Part shown: positions 30,693 to 40,470 of the stretch, in pieces | How the letters are laid out: every line of letters begins with the position of its first letter | How positions within the stretch are numbered: the stretch's first letter is position 1 | Source: a virus | Reading direction: 5' to 3' (one strand) | DNA length: 64,000 nucleotides | Virus record (IMG/VR): IMGVR_UViG_3300021399_000016 | Span: 1,808-65,807 of that record | Program-made: the position numbers and the translations under genes | Notes under the pieces: generated by a model | The model's database searches: none | What the model saw: only the letters and a program-made list of their open reading frames with translations | Told to the model about the DNA's origin: nothing

Positions 30693-31797
30693 TGTTTCGA
30701 TATTAAAACTTAACGGTACTTCGTACGACATTACTGATAAGTTTGCAAGAAAAGGCAAAAAGAACATAATTTTTATAGGCGATTCGTACGGTAATCATCC
30801 GGACACAACTACGAACAATTATGTGTCATTAATTACGTCATGGTTTTCTGATCAGATAGGGGTATCGTATAGAAATACAGTTTCAGGATCGGCTTTTAAT
30901 CAGAAAGATACATCTAGCGGATATATTTCTTTTAAAACTTGTCTTGAGAATTTATCTTCTAGCGTTACTAATAAAAAAGCGATCACAGATATTATTGTTT
31001 GTGGTGGAATGAACGATTGTCCAGCAGTTCATGGTGGAAGCGATTATAACGGAATTCTTACTGCCATCAACACTTTCGTTTCATATTGTCACACAAATTA
31101 TCCGAATGCGATTGTCAGGATCGGGTTTATTGCTTATTCGAGTGATTTAACCTGCGCAGATCAGCTTAGAAATGTTTATGCTATGTACAAACGTTGTAAT
31201 GAATGTGGAGCCGTTTATTTAAATGGTGTAGAAAACGCTTTCTATACAACGCACATGAATGCAGATATTTATCATCCAACAGCTGAAGGCGCAAAGGCTA
31301 TAGCACTCGCTGTAGGAAACGCTATATTTACAGGGTTCGGAAATGTAACAGATGGCATGACTTATAAGTTTTGTACAATAACGAATTCCAGTACTGTACA
31401 GGAATTTGTACTTGGTGATACATCATGGAACAAGTCAAACTTCGCTATAGCTGTAAGTAGAAACAACAATATATTACATTTCAGAATCGCATACAGAATG
31501 TACTACGATTTTATTCGCTTAGTCAATAATAGTAGTATAAGTGGATGGGGTAAAACTTCATTTACAGCTGGAACGATAGACGCTGGTCCAATTTTTAATA
31601 CTAGCGGTTACACTAATATAATGACAACATGCTATCTTAAAAACGGAACAAGCACCGTTGCGATTACCACAGCAGAAATAAGTATTACAGGAAAAACTTT
31701 ACAAATAAAAGTACACGGAAACGGAAATAGTATCACGTTTAATGGTATCGAGTTTTTCCCGACAACAATTTCGTTCGATACAAAACAGATCCTTTAA
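30685..31797 (+). CDS. SGNH/GDSL hydrolase-domain tail protein
   Basis: FIGDSY, CGGMND, DIYHP catalytic blocks. Confidence 0.75.
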   Translation: MADVSILKLNGTSYDITDKFARKGKKNIIFIGDSYGNHPDTTTNNYVSLITSWFSDQIGVSYRNTVSGSAFNQKDTSSGYISFKTCLENLSSSVTNKKAITDIIVCGGMNDCPAVHGGSDYNGILTAINTFVSYCHTNYPNAIVRIGFIAYSSDLTCADQLRNVYAMYKRCNECGAVYLNGVENAFYTTHMNADIYHPTAEGAKAIALAVGNAIFTGFGNVTDGMTYKFCTITNSSTVQEFVLGDTSWNKSNFAIAVSRNNNILHFRIAYRMYYDFIRLVNNSSISGWGKTSFTAGTIDAGPIFNTSGYTNIMTTCYLKNGTSTVAITTAEISITGKTLQIKVHGNGNSITFNGIEFFPTTISFDTKQIL

Positions 31798-31824
31798 ACA
31801 GTGAACTTTAAGGAGGTGACTCCA

Positions 31825-32206
31825 TTGTTTCATCTTCTTTGATCCAAACCCTTGTGGAAGGACGTCTGGGGACTGCGTTGTAAGAGCTCTTTGTAAAGCA
31901 CTGGATAAATCGTGGGATGAAGTGTACTTAGCGCTTTGTGTCCAAGGTTACATCATGTGCGAATGGGGAAATCATAATGCAGTCTGGCCAGCTTATTTAA
32001 AGACTCAAGGTTTCAGAAAATACACCATACTAGACATAGCCCCTACCTGTTACACGGTTAGAGATTTCTGCCGTGATTACAGAGTAGGGACTTTTGTTTT
32101 ATGTACTGGCGATCATGCAGTTTGTGTTAAAGACGGTGATTACTACGATGCCTGGGATTCGGGTAACGAGTGTCCCGTCTTTTACTTTAAGTACGAACCT
32201 ATGTGA
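31825..32206 (+). CDS. hypothetical protein (NP..GDCVVRA type); start affected by a 1-nt shift
   Basis: Frame FIFFDPNPCGRTSGDCVVRALCKA is open from about 31820; AGGAGG plus TTG at 31825 is out of frame by one T. Confidence 0.55.
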
Positions 32207-32229
32207 ATGCTGAAAGGAGAACTAAAACC

Positions 32230-32649
32230 ATGTATCCATACGATAACTATCCTGGTGTATTGCCGAACTATTATCCGAATCAGTCGACCAGTAGATCAAA
32301 CTACACTGTTCAGCCGCAGACTGCAGTAAATCAAAATACCTCTAATCAGGTCATTTTCTACTATGTGCAGAACAAAACTGCGGCTGACAACTGGTTACTC
32401 GGGAAGAACGAGAGAGTGTACTTAATGGATTCGAATGAGCCGGTTATGTATCTTAAGGCAACAGATCAGGATGGTAGATATTTTCCAATGAGAACTTTCG
32501 ACCTTGTAGAGAGAAAGGCACCAGTTCAGGGCCCGAATGAAGCGTCGAGTATTGACACAACGTCGTTTGTTAAGCGAGATGAGATAAACGCGTTAGTTGC
32601 TAAAGCAGTCGACGAGTATTTGTCGGCTCCTGCAAAGAAGGAGGCTTAA
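32230..32649 (+). CDS. hypothetical protein, Y/N/Q/P-rich N-terminus
   Basis: RBS AAAGGAG; LMDSNEPVMYLKATDQDG. Confidence 0.7.
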   Translation: MYPYDNYPGVLPNYYPNQSTSRSNYTVQPQTAVNQNTSNQVIFYYVQNKTAADNWLLGKNERVYLMDSNEPVMYLKATDQDGRYFPMRTFDLVERKAPVQGPNEASSIDTTSFVKRDEINALVAKAVDEYLSAPAKKEA

Positions 32650-32653
32650 CCCC

Positions 32654-32884
32654 ATGGGAAATCCTTTCTTTAACCAGAATGCACCTCAGCAAATGCCGAA
32701 CAATCCTTTTGGAAACATGATGCAGTTGATGCAGAATTTCCAGCAGTTTGCAAACAATTTCAAAGGGAATCCTGAACAGCGGCTTCAGGAAATGCTTAAT
32801 TCTGGTCAGATGAGTCAGCAGCAATATAACCAATGTTCTCAGCTCGCGCAGCAGTTTCAAAACATGTTTAAGTTTAAACGTTAG
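32654..32884 (+). CDS. small Gln/Asn/Met-rich protein
   Basis: RBS AAGGAGG; NPFF..MMQLMQNFQQF..LNSGQMSQQQYNQ. Confidence 0.7.
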   Translation: MGNPFFNQNAPQQMPNNPFGNMMQLMQNFQQFANNFKGNPEQRLQEMLNSGQMSQQQYNQCSQLAQQFQNMFKFKR

Positions 32885-32898
32885 GAGGTTTTGAATTA

Positions 32899-33672
32899 AT
32901 GGCACTTACGGACAATGGTAATGGACTTAGTGCAGCTGATGTCGCAGCAGTAGTTGGAAATAATGGCGGTGGCATGTTTGGCAACGGCCTTTTCGGAGGC
33001 AACGATCTCGGTACTCTTCTCATTCTGTTTTTCTTCATGATCATTTTTGGAGGAGGATATGGCGGATGGAATAATAACGCAGGAGGAAGTATGCCGTACG
33101 TAGTCAATAACATGGATTCGTCCATTCAGAGAGGTTTCGATCAGCAGGCTGTCATTAGTGGTATTAACGGTATCAACGGTGCTCTTAGTTCTCTTGCTCA
33201 GGGTCAGTGTAATGGCTTTAATGGTGTTACGCAGGCCGTGAACAACGGAACTTATGGTATCACGAACGCTGTTAATAACGGATTCTATGGTGCTGAAATC
33301 GCTAATAACGGCAGGCAGATGAGCCTTATGCAGCAGCTTAACGCTATGCTGATGGCTCAGCAGAATTGCTGCTGCGAGAACAGAGCGGCTGTTGCAGATC
33401 TTAAGTATACCGTTGCTACCGAAGCTTGCGCTGATCGTGCCGCTGTGAACGATGCACTTAATAACCTTACCAATGTTGTTAACGCTGGGTTCCAGGGAAT
33501 TCATAATGAGCTTTGCCAGGATAGACTGGAAGCTAAGGACCTTCGTATCAGGGAACTTGAAAACCAGCTTAACGTTGCTGCTTTCAACACTTCTCAGGTT
33601 GCTCAGACTGCGCAGCTTGAAGCTTTTATTAGAGCAAATCAGACGACTCCGACTACGGCCACTGCAGGTTGA
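32899..33672 (+). CDS. Gly/Asn-rich protein with TM segment and QQNCCCE motif
   Basis: RBS AGGAGG; LLILFFFMIIFGGG; NG repeats; C-terminal coiled coil. Confidence 0.75.
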   Translation: MALTDNGNGLSAADVAAVVGNNGGGMFGNGLFGGNDLGTLLILFFFMIIFGGGYGGWNNNAGGSMPYVVNNMDSSIQRGFDQQAVISGINGINGALSSLAQGQCNGFNGVTQAVNNGTYGITNAVNNGFYGAEIANNGRQMSLMQQLNAMLMAQQNCCCENRAAVADLKYTVATEACADRAAVNDALNNLTNVVNAGFQGIHNELCQDRLEAKDLRIRELENQLNVAAFNTSQVAQTAQLEAFIRANQTTPTTATAG

Positions 33673-33686
33673 TGGAGGTGTGACAG

Positions 33687-34103
33687 ATGGATTACACCAG
33701 AACACACGACAAGGCAAAAGACCTTGTTATGAAGGAAGTTGATAAGCTCGTAGATAAGGGATCTCTTACGCCTCAGGAGCTTCATAGTCTTTATGAAGCA
33801 TATGAGACTGTAGAACACATCTGCAAGGCTAAAGAAGCTGAAGAGATGGAAATGACCGGCTACTCCGAGCGTGGATATTCGAGGAATGGTTACTCTAGCG
33901 GATGGCCTAACGGTCACGACAGATACTACGATATTCACGCCTATAATAATGGTAGTTCCTACAGGAGGGACTCTATGGGTAGATATTCCAATACCGATGG
34001 AAAGAGATATATGGTCGATGATCTCTACTCCATGAAGGAAAGCGTCTCTAATGAGGCTGATAGAGGCGCTATCCAGGAATGCATCAATAAGCTTAAAGCT
34101 TAA
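33687..34103 (+). CDS. hypothetical protein (RRDSMGRYS motif)
   Basis: RBS GGAGG; last gene of the Q/N/G-rich module. Confidence 0.7.
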   Translation: MDYTRTHDKAKDLVMKEVDKLVDKGSLTPQELHSLYEAYETVEHICKAKEAEEMEMTGYSERGYSRNGYSSGWPNGHDRYYDIHAYNNGSSYRRDSMGRYSNTDGKRYMVDDLYSMKESVSNEADRGAIQECINKLKA

Positions 34104-35087
34104 ATGAACGCTTATCAGGCTGGCCAGCAGGTGTTGTGCGGGGACTATTCTCAGTACACACCTACTGGCAAGTCCTATTTCGTAAAAGCTGGACGATATT
34201 ATAAGCAGCCTCTACCGTATGATACTGTCTACTTTTACTCTGATAATTTAGGACGGATCTCTCACGAAGGTTTCGTTAAGAAAGTAATTTGGCACACCGA
34301 TGACGGCTCCTTCGATCTCTGCACTTCTGAGGGTAATACATCCGGAGAAGCTTATGATAGAAACGGTGGAGAGTGGAGAGAGAAGTGGTACTACAGAGTT
34401 AAAAAGGTAGGAAATGGAGCTAGAATCGATGGCTTCGGAAGACCTTTATACTCCACTGAAACTTGCACCGGTGAGGACGTCCTAAAAATTATGGAAGAAT
34501 GGGAAGGGTACGAAGAGAAGCACTCTTGGGAACCGCTTTCCGCAATTTACACAAAGCATGAGAACCCAGGAAAGAATAACATCACGATGATGGGCTACTG
34601 GTATGCTGGTAACAAACGCTATCCTGCTCAGTGGTGCGCTCAGACTGTTTCTTGGGCTGTGTATCAGGCTTGTGTAGAACGAGCTAAGAAAGATATTCAC
34701 TGGAACGGGTGGAGAAAGGCCGATTCAGGAGACTGGTACTACTACTTAGAAGGTGATCCGATCAAGGGTCGTTGGAGCTACATCGATGGAAGATGGTATG
34801 TCTTTGACGAAGCAGGACGGATGATTACCGGATGGTTTAAGCAGAACGGTAACGAGTGGTATTACTTAGGCGCTGACGGTGGAATGATCTCGAACCAGTG
34901 GGCTGAAATAGATGGGAAATACTACTACTTTGACGACACAGGACTAATGGCTAGAAACGCTTATGTTAAGGCTAAAGATCCTAAAGGTCCTGGCGAAAGA
35001 GTATATTACTGGGTTAACAAAGACGGCGTATATGAACCTGAGTGGGATACGTATACACCAGATCTTAAGAAGTATGAAGTAATTTAA
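34104..35087 (+). CDS. endolysin: permuted CHAP-like domain plus cell-wall-binding repeats
   Basis: SHEGFV..EGNT precedes QWCAQTVSW; C-terminal GW..WYY repeats. Confidence 0.75.
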   Translation: MNAYQAGQQVLCGDYSQYTPTGKSYFVKAGRYYKQPLPYDTVYFYSDNLGRISHEGFVKKVIWHTDDGSFDLCTSEGNTSGEAYDRNGGEWREKWYYRVKKVGNGARIDGFGRPLYSTETCTGEDVLKIMEEWEGYEEKHSWEPLSAIYTKHENPGKNNITMMGYWYAGNKRYPAQWCAQTVSWAVYQACVERAKKDIHWNGWRKADSGDWYYYLEGDPIKGRWSYIDGRWYVFDEAGRMITGWFKQNGNEWYYLGADGGMISNQWAEIDGKYYYFDDTGLMARNAYVKAKDPKGPGERVYYWVNKDGVYEPEWDTYTPDLKKYEVI

Positions 35088-35097
35088 GGAGGTATAG

Positions 35098-35430
35098 ATG
35101 GCAGCAACAATCAGCGGAAATACTATATCTCTTACTCGCGGTGATACGCTTTATCTTACAGTTGTCATGACGAAAGATGGAGCGGCTTACACTCCGGTAG
35201 AAGGAGAGAAGGTACGCTTCGCTATGAAAAACAAGATAAGTGACGATGAAGAACCACTTATCTTAAAAGATATTCCGATTGACACTATGACTTTAAAGAT
35301 TGAACCCGAAGATACAAAACCGCTTAAATATGGGGTCTATAAGTATGATATAGAATACACTTCCGTTGATGGTGATGTCGATACTTTCATAGGCCCGGCT
35401 AATTTTAACATCACGGAGGAGGTGTATTAA
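35098..35430 (+). CDS. BppU-N-like small structural protein
   Basis: ISLTRGDT...YKYDIE...DTFI. Confidence 0.55.
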   Translation: MAATISGNTISLTRGDTLYLTVVMTKDGAAYTPVEGEKVRFAMKNKISDDEEPLILKDIPIDTMTLKIEPEDTKPLKYGVYKYDIEYTSVDGDVDTFIGPANFNITEEVY

Positions 35431-36068
35431 TGGCTGGTCTCATTAATCGCCTCGAAATTAACGGAAAACTTCAAGGTACTGATATTGTTGACTCGGGGGC
35501 GCTCCAAACTTTACGGAACGCTTCCGGGTCTTCTCATTTACCAGCAACTATAGACCGTACAGCTATTCACTACGATACTACCGATGAGTGGAATTCAAAA
35601 AGACTTCTTGTCGGTCAAAAATCCCATATCTACGTGTATTCTGATTTTAAGACGGTTGTGGTCGATGGAGAAGAAGTTCAAGTTCCTGGAATCAAAATAG
35701 GCGACGGTAATTCTTATTTAATCGATTTACCGTTTGTATCTAATGCTGAAAGTCAAGCATACATTAAGGTAGACACTACAGCGAACTGGGGTGAGAAAAC
35801 AAGCCTCACTTCAGAAGCTAATACAATTTACGTATACATGGATAAAGACGGAGAAGGGAACGTCACAAGCATTAAGTTTAAAGTAGGCGATGGCTCAAGT
35901 TACTTAGTAGATATTCCGTTTGCGTCTCCGTCTATGTCTGAATTTGAAGATCATATTAATGATAGAACTGTTCATGTAACAACGGAAGAAAAGACCTTCT
36001 GGAACAATAAGTGGAGAGGGTATATGGACGTTGCTGATGGTGAAAATCTCTATTTCACTACTAACTAA
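35430..36068 (+). CDS. tail-fibre-associated protein with duplicated KxGDG..YLxDxPF repeat
   Basis: IKIGDGNSYLIDLPF and FKVGDGSSYLVDIPF. Confidence 0.6.
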   Translation: MAGLINRLEINGKLQGTDIVDSGALQTLRNASGSSHLPATIDRTAIHYDTTDEWNSKRLLVGQKSHIYVYSDFKTVVVDGEEVQVPGIKIGDGNSYLIDLPFVSNAESQAYIKVDTTANWGEKTSLTSEANTIYVYMDKDGEGNVTSIKFKVGDGSSYLVDIPFASPSMSEFEDHINDRTVHVTTEEKTFWNNKWRGYMDVADGENLYFTTN

Positions 36069-36083
36069 GAAAGGAAAATCAAA

Positions 36084-37436
36084 ATGGCAGATATTTCTCA
36101 AATCACATTGCCTTCTGGTACTACTTATAATTTAAAAGATGCCCAGGCAAGGTCTGACATTGAAACCATTCAGTCGTCACTTACTGGTGGTATGCACTAC
36201 ATTGGTGTTACTACTACAGCGATTAGTGATGGCGATACAACGAATCCTGTTAAAATTAATGACGCAGATACCACTGCTAAGAATGGTGATCTTGTTATGT
36301 ACGGAGACCTTGAGTTCGTATGGTCTACTGCTGATAACAAGTGGCACGAGTTTGGTTCTACGGGATCTCTTAAGGCTTTAGCATTTAAGGACACGGCTTC
36401 TGCTAGTTATAAGCCTGCTGGTAGTGTGTCTAAGCCGACGTTTACTGGATCCGAATCTACTGTTACAGTTACTGTAGCAAGCAATACATCTGGTAACTAC
36501 ACACCTGCTGGTACTGTGTCTAAGCCTACCTTTACGGGCGCTTCTATGACGTCGACCGGTGCGTTTACTCCTGCAGGAACGGTATCTGTCAGTACAAAGT
36601 CAACCACTAACGCTACAGCTACAGTCAGTGCGGCATCTTCTGGTACAGCGACTTATACCCCTGCTGGATCTGTTTCGCAGCCGACTTTCACAGGTACTGC
36701 ATTTGATTCGTCTGGTAGCTTTACACCTGCTGGAACGGTTGCATTCACAAACACTAATAAGACTACTACTGTGTCAAAAGCGTCTTCTGGAGACGCGACG
36801 TATACCCCTGCCGGAACGGTTGCAGCCCCTACAATTTCTGTTAAGACTGCCGGAACCACTACAACCGTTCATAATCCTACTTCAGTTACAGTCGCAAAGA
36901 CTGTTGTTGCGGCTGCTCCTGGTGCCACAGCTCCTGCTAACGCTTTGACTTATTATGCTGTATCAGGTGAAGTTCTTAGTCTCTATCAGCTTGGGTACAC
37001 TACTGGTGCGTCTATTACAACCTCTAATGTGACGGTTAAGACTGGAGACGCTGCATATCAGGCTAGTGCTCCTGCCTTCACTGGTACTGGTGCAAGGCTT
37101 GTTACGGGTAACATTCCTGTTCCGACTAGTGCATCGTTTACTGGAACCGAGGGTACTGTGACCGTATCTGGTACTGCTACAGGTACCGTATCTAAGCCTT
37201 CGTTTACTGGTACTGGTGCAAGACTTGTTACTGGTAATATCGCTGTTCCGAGCGCATATACCGCCACATTTACCGGTACAGAGGGAGATGTATCTGTGTC
37301 TGGTACCACGACCGGATCTGTCTCTCAGCCGACCTTCACCGGTACTAAAGTTCTGATTTCTGGTAAGACCACTGCTGCAGGTAGCGTTTCTCAGCCAACC
37401 TTCACTGGCACTCAGGCGACGATCACAGTTTCATAA
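36084..37436 (+). CDS. Thr/Gly/Ser-rich repeat fibre protein
   Basis: Many (Y/F)TPAG(T/S)VSxPTFTG repeats. Confidence 0.7.
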   Translation: MADISQITLPSGTTYNLKDAQARSDIETIQSSLTGGMHYIGVTTTAISDGDTTNPVKINDADTTAKNGDLVMYGDLEFVWSTADNKWHEFGSTGSLKALAFKDTASASYKPAGSVSKPTFTGSESTVTVTVASNTSGNYTPAGTVSKPTFTGASMTSTGAFTPAGTVSVSTKSTTNATATVSAASSGTATYTPAGSVSQPTFTGTAFDSSGSFTPAGTVAFTNTNKTTTVSKASSGDATYTPAGTVAAPTISVKTAGTTTTVHNPTSVTVAKTVVAAAPGATAPANALTYYAVSGEVLSLYQLGYTTGASITTSNVTVKTGDAAYQASAPAFTGTGARLVTGNIPVPTSASFTGTEGTVTVSGTATGTVSKPSFTGTGARLVTGNIAVPSAYTATFTGTEGDVSVSGTTTGSVSQPTFTGTKVLISGKTTAAGSVSQPTFTGTQATITVS

Positions 37437-37451
37437 TAAAGGAGGTATCAG

Positions 37452-38654
37452 ATGGCTGATATTTCCAGTATTAAGTTACCGGATAATTCGACTTATACGC
37501 TAAAAGATGCTACCGGTAGAAAAGAAGCATATCTAGAGTGGGGTGGAAGAAATCTTTCTGCTAGTTACGGACCTATTGACGCAGCGATGGTCCCTGCTCT
37601 AGGCGCTAATCGTTTCGCTTTTCTTAAACTTGCTGGTGTCACGGTCGAATACTCTAGAGACAAAGGTGCAACATGGGTCGATTATGGATCATCTGCCGAA
37701 AATACAGGCAATCTTTTTTGTCCTGGAAAATCCGCTGCTTTAATGATAGGTAAAGCCGATGCCAACAACAAAGCGACTGCTAACGGAGATAAATATCAAC
37801 TTCGTATTTCGATAAATACCTATTTGGCCAATATATATTCAACTCTAAATAAATTTGTCATCTATGTTAGTACTAACGGAAGTAGCAATTGCACCGTTTC
37901 TTTAGAGAAAGCGACACATGGCAATCCAACTGCGTTTACTTCGCACTTCTCTGATGTTCCCATTAGTGGCTGGAGCGGTTTCAATGTTATAAATTGTGCT
38001 GAGATTACAACTTATGGTAATAGTAATTCACAGTATCAATATCTTCGTTTTATATTTAAAGCTAATGGCGGAAGCGCAAATTATATAGGCTTAAATGTAG
38101 CTAGCTTGATGGCTTTTGGAGGCGTTGGCTGGACCACTCCATCCACAATGGCCAGAACTGGTGATGTTTATAATTTGGATTATTTGCAAAACGTTTCGTT
38201 TCCTAATGAAGTGACTGCTACGGAATTTATTGGACCATTAACTGGAAGTGCCACAAAAGTTAACGGTCATACAGTAAACTCCGATGTGCCTTCTGGAGCT
38301 AAGTTCACCGATACCAAATACACCGCTTCGACTAGTAAGTTAGTTACCACAACAGTCCCTAATGTAACAAATAAAGGTACGGTTCCTAGCCTTACTATCA
38401 CGTCAACTGCTTGCGATGATATTACGGGTTGGACCACTAATACGCCAACAAGCGCCTCAGTTTCAGGCGGAATCTTAACTATTAGTATTGGAACGGCTGC
38501 GGATCTTGACTATACGGCGAGATCCGTCGGTTCTGCTTCAGGCTGGAATGCGGGATCAACCCCAACACTTGGTACAGCAATCACAGTAGCTACAGGTTCA
38601 CTTGCTTCAAACGGCGGCGGAGGTACAGTTGCAACAGGAATTACAGCGTCATAA
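37452..38654 (+). CDS. tail fibre / receptor-binding-like protein
   Basis: N-terminus like 36084; VNGHTVNSDVPSGAKFTDT; Thr/Ser-rich C-terminus. Confidence 0.6.
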   Translation: MADISSIKLPDNSTYTLKDATGRKEAYLEWGGRNLSASYGPIDAAMVPALGANRFAFLKLAGVTVEYSRDKGATWVDYGSSAENTGNLFCPGKSAALMIGKADANNKATANGDKYQLRISINTYLANIYSTLNKFVIYVSTNGSSNCTVSLEKATHGNPTAFTSHFSDVPISGWSGFNVINCAEITTYGNSNSQYQYLRFIFKANGGSANYIGLNVASLMAFGGVGWTTPSTMARTGDVYNLDYLQNVSFPNEVTATEFIGPLTGSATKVNGHTVNSDVPSGAKFTDTKYTASTSKLVTTTVPNVTNKGTVPSLTITSTACDDITGWTTNTPTSASVSGGILTISIGTAADLDYTARSVGSASGWNAGSTPTLGTAITVATGSLASNGGGGTVATGITAS

Positions 38655-38665
38655 GGAGGTAGGTT

Positions 38666-39517
38666 ATGGGCTATATTGCTAAAACTAAAATAGGGTCTAC
38701 AACCTACCCTGTAGGCTCCTGTCTGTATGGAACGTGTGCTACAGCGGCCGCAACAACAGAAAAAGACGTGGTGTGTTCAGACTTTGATACTTTGCTTGAA
38801 GGTGTGACTATCCACGTTAAGTTTACGCATCATAATGGTGTAGCGAATCCAACACTTGACGTTAATAGTACCGGAGCCAAAGCCATTAAACGATATGGAA
38901 CTACAGCTCCTTCTACTAGTGCTGGTTCGTCTTGGCAGGATGGATCTGTTGTAAGCTTCACATATGATGGAACGTACTGGCAGATGAATGGGTGGCTTAA
39001 TGATAACTCTAACACTTACGATAGAGAATATCTTAATGCTACCACGAAAGCTGTTAGTGCTATTACTGCTGGTACTCTTATGTGCGGTACTGCAAGCGGC
39101 TATAAGCAGGTAGCTAAGGGTGTTGCATTTGATATTTCATACCCAATATGTTACACGGGTAGCGCGTACGCCGCAAATGGTACGAGATCGGATCCGTATC
39201 CAGCCATACCATTTAGTTTCAAAGCAACTAATGGCGGCACAGCTCCGAACTTTACCGCTTACAAGGCAGTTTACCTTAAGGGCAAGTTAGTTGGGTCTAC
39301 GTTTACAATCGACTCAACAACCATGTGGACTCAGACAGTACCGACAAGTGCTGATGGATTCCAGTATTATTTACTTGGTACTGCATATACTACTGAATCC
39401 ATGAGACTTATTCATGTCCATCCTATCTTTGAGTATAGAGACGGATCTTTTCATAAGCATAATCCAACCAAAGCAACATACACAGCATCTACAGAAACTT
39501 TAGAGATTAATTTCTAA
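38666..39517 (+). CDS. tail fibre-like protein
   Basis: YGTCATAAATTEK...NPTLDVNSTGAK...FTYDGTYW. Confidence 0.6.
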   Translation: MGYIAKTKIGSTTYPVGSCLYGTCATAAATTEKDVVCSDFDTLLEGVTIHVKFTHHNGVANPTLDVNSTGAKAIKRYGTTAPSTSAGSSWQDGSVVSFTYDGTYWQMNGWLNDNSNTYDREYLNATTKAVSAITAGTLMCGTASGYKQVAKGVAFDISYPICYTGSAYAANGTRSDPYPAIPFSFKATNGGTAPNFTAYKAVYLKGKLVGSTFTIDSTTMWTQTVPTSADGFQYYLLGTAYTTESMRLIHVHPIFEYRDGSFHKHNPTKATYTASTETLEINF

Positions 39518-39529
39518 GGAGGTATCAAA

Positions 39530-39709
39530 ATGGCAGCAATTGTTGATAAATTAAAGAAACAGATTAAAGCACAGAACAAATCCACAGCAGGAGTTCAGAC
39601 TATTTCTCAGGCTATCAAGGCTCTTGGTGGCGAGAGAGAAGGAGAGGATATTGCTAAAGCAGTGGATGGCTCTATTATTACCGTAACCAAAGCTTCTGAA
39701 GAGGAGTAA
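39530..39709 (+). CDS. small hypothetical protein (59 aa)
   Basis: RBS AAGGAGG; not in ORF track. Confidence 0.6.
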   Translation: MAAIVDKLKKQIKAQNKSTAGVQTISQAIKALGGEREGEDIAKAVDGSIITVTKASEEE

Positions 39710-39712
39710 ACT

Positions 39713-40051
39713 ATGACTACTAACATCTTCACAAAAGAGTGGCTGATCCCAGCTTTAAATAGAGCCGTTAGAACAATGGTTCAGGTAGCACTCTCTATGT
39801 TCAGTGTGGGTCAGCTTATCACCGATATTGACTGGGTAGCAATTTTATCTTGCGCTGTTGTGGCAGGGATCTATTCTCTCGGAACATCTGTTCTCCTTGG
39901 AATCCCGGAAGGAGACACTGCTGGAACAGTGAATCTCGATAACTATCAGGGCGATGATATTATGTATGTATCTGACTTACGTATTGACCCTGAGAAACTT
40001 AAGACCAGATCTACGGTGACGTTCAACGTAAAAACTGGCAGTAAGGAGTAA
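39713..40051 (+). CDS. holin (r1t-like)
   Basis: RAVRTMVQVAL..IDWVAILS..GTSVLLGIPE, two TM segments. Confidence 0.7.
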   Translation: MTTNIFTKEWLIPALNRAVRTMVQVALSMFSVGQLITDIDWVAILSCAVVAGIYSLGTSVLLGIPEGDTAGTVNLDNYQGDDIMYVSDLRIDPEKLKTRSTVTFNVKTGSKE

Positions 40052-40059
40052 CGCACTTC

Positions 40060-40244
40060 TACATTAATCCTACACTTTAACCCTAAAACACAAGCTTTTA
40101 AGCCGATTTTAAGAATCAATTATGTGGTACTTTTCGCCCAATGCTAATCCTTAGAAAATGGCTTAAAAGCTTATGTTTACGGGGTAGGTAGAGTCAGTTA
40201 AGAGTAGTTAAAATAGGACTGTTCATACATTACTCCTACACTTT
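40060..40244. repeat. attP-like region: 19-bp direct repeats around a ~30-bp inverted repeat
   Basis: TACATTA(A/C)TCCTACACTTT at 40060-40078 and 40226-40244; IR arms 40081-40110 and 40155-40184. Confidence 0.6.
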
Positions 40245-40381
40245 GTTAATCTCCGAACGAAGCCAATCAATGTCACGCTCTGTATACACATTCTCTGTTA
40301 AATCAGAGATTACGTGTCCAATAATCCTCTTAATCGCAAAATCTTCAACGCCTTTCTTTTTTTTGCCATGGTAACGAAGGT
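40236..40381 (-). pseudogene. C-terminal remnant of tyrosine integrase
   Basis: TFVTMAK/KKGVEDFAIKRIIGHVISDLTENVYTERDIDWLRSEINKV*; GH and catalytic Y present; frameshift in A8 run; in-frame stop upstream. Confidence 0.75.
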
Positions 40382-40470
40382 TTATTGGCTTATGAGCTTT
40401 CGGCGGTAGGTCGTAATTTTTTCAATTCGTATAATAGCAAATTAACTTTTTATTCGAAAGGAGAATAAGC

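Noticed and set aside
36084-39517. Diversity-generating retroelement acting on fibres
   Set aside because: No reverse transcriptase and no adenine-variable repeat pair seen; the repeats are protein-level
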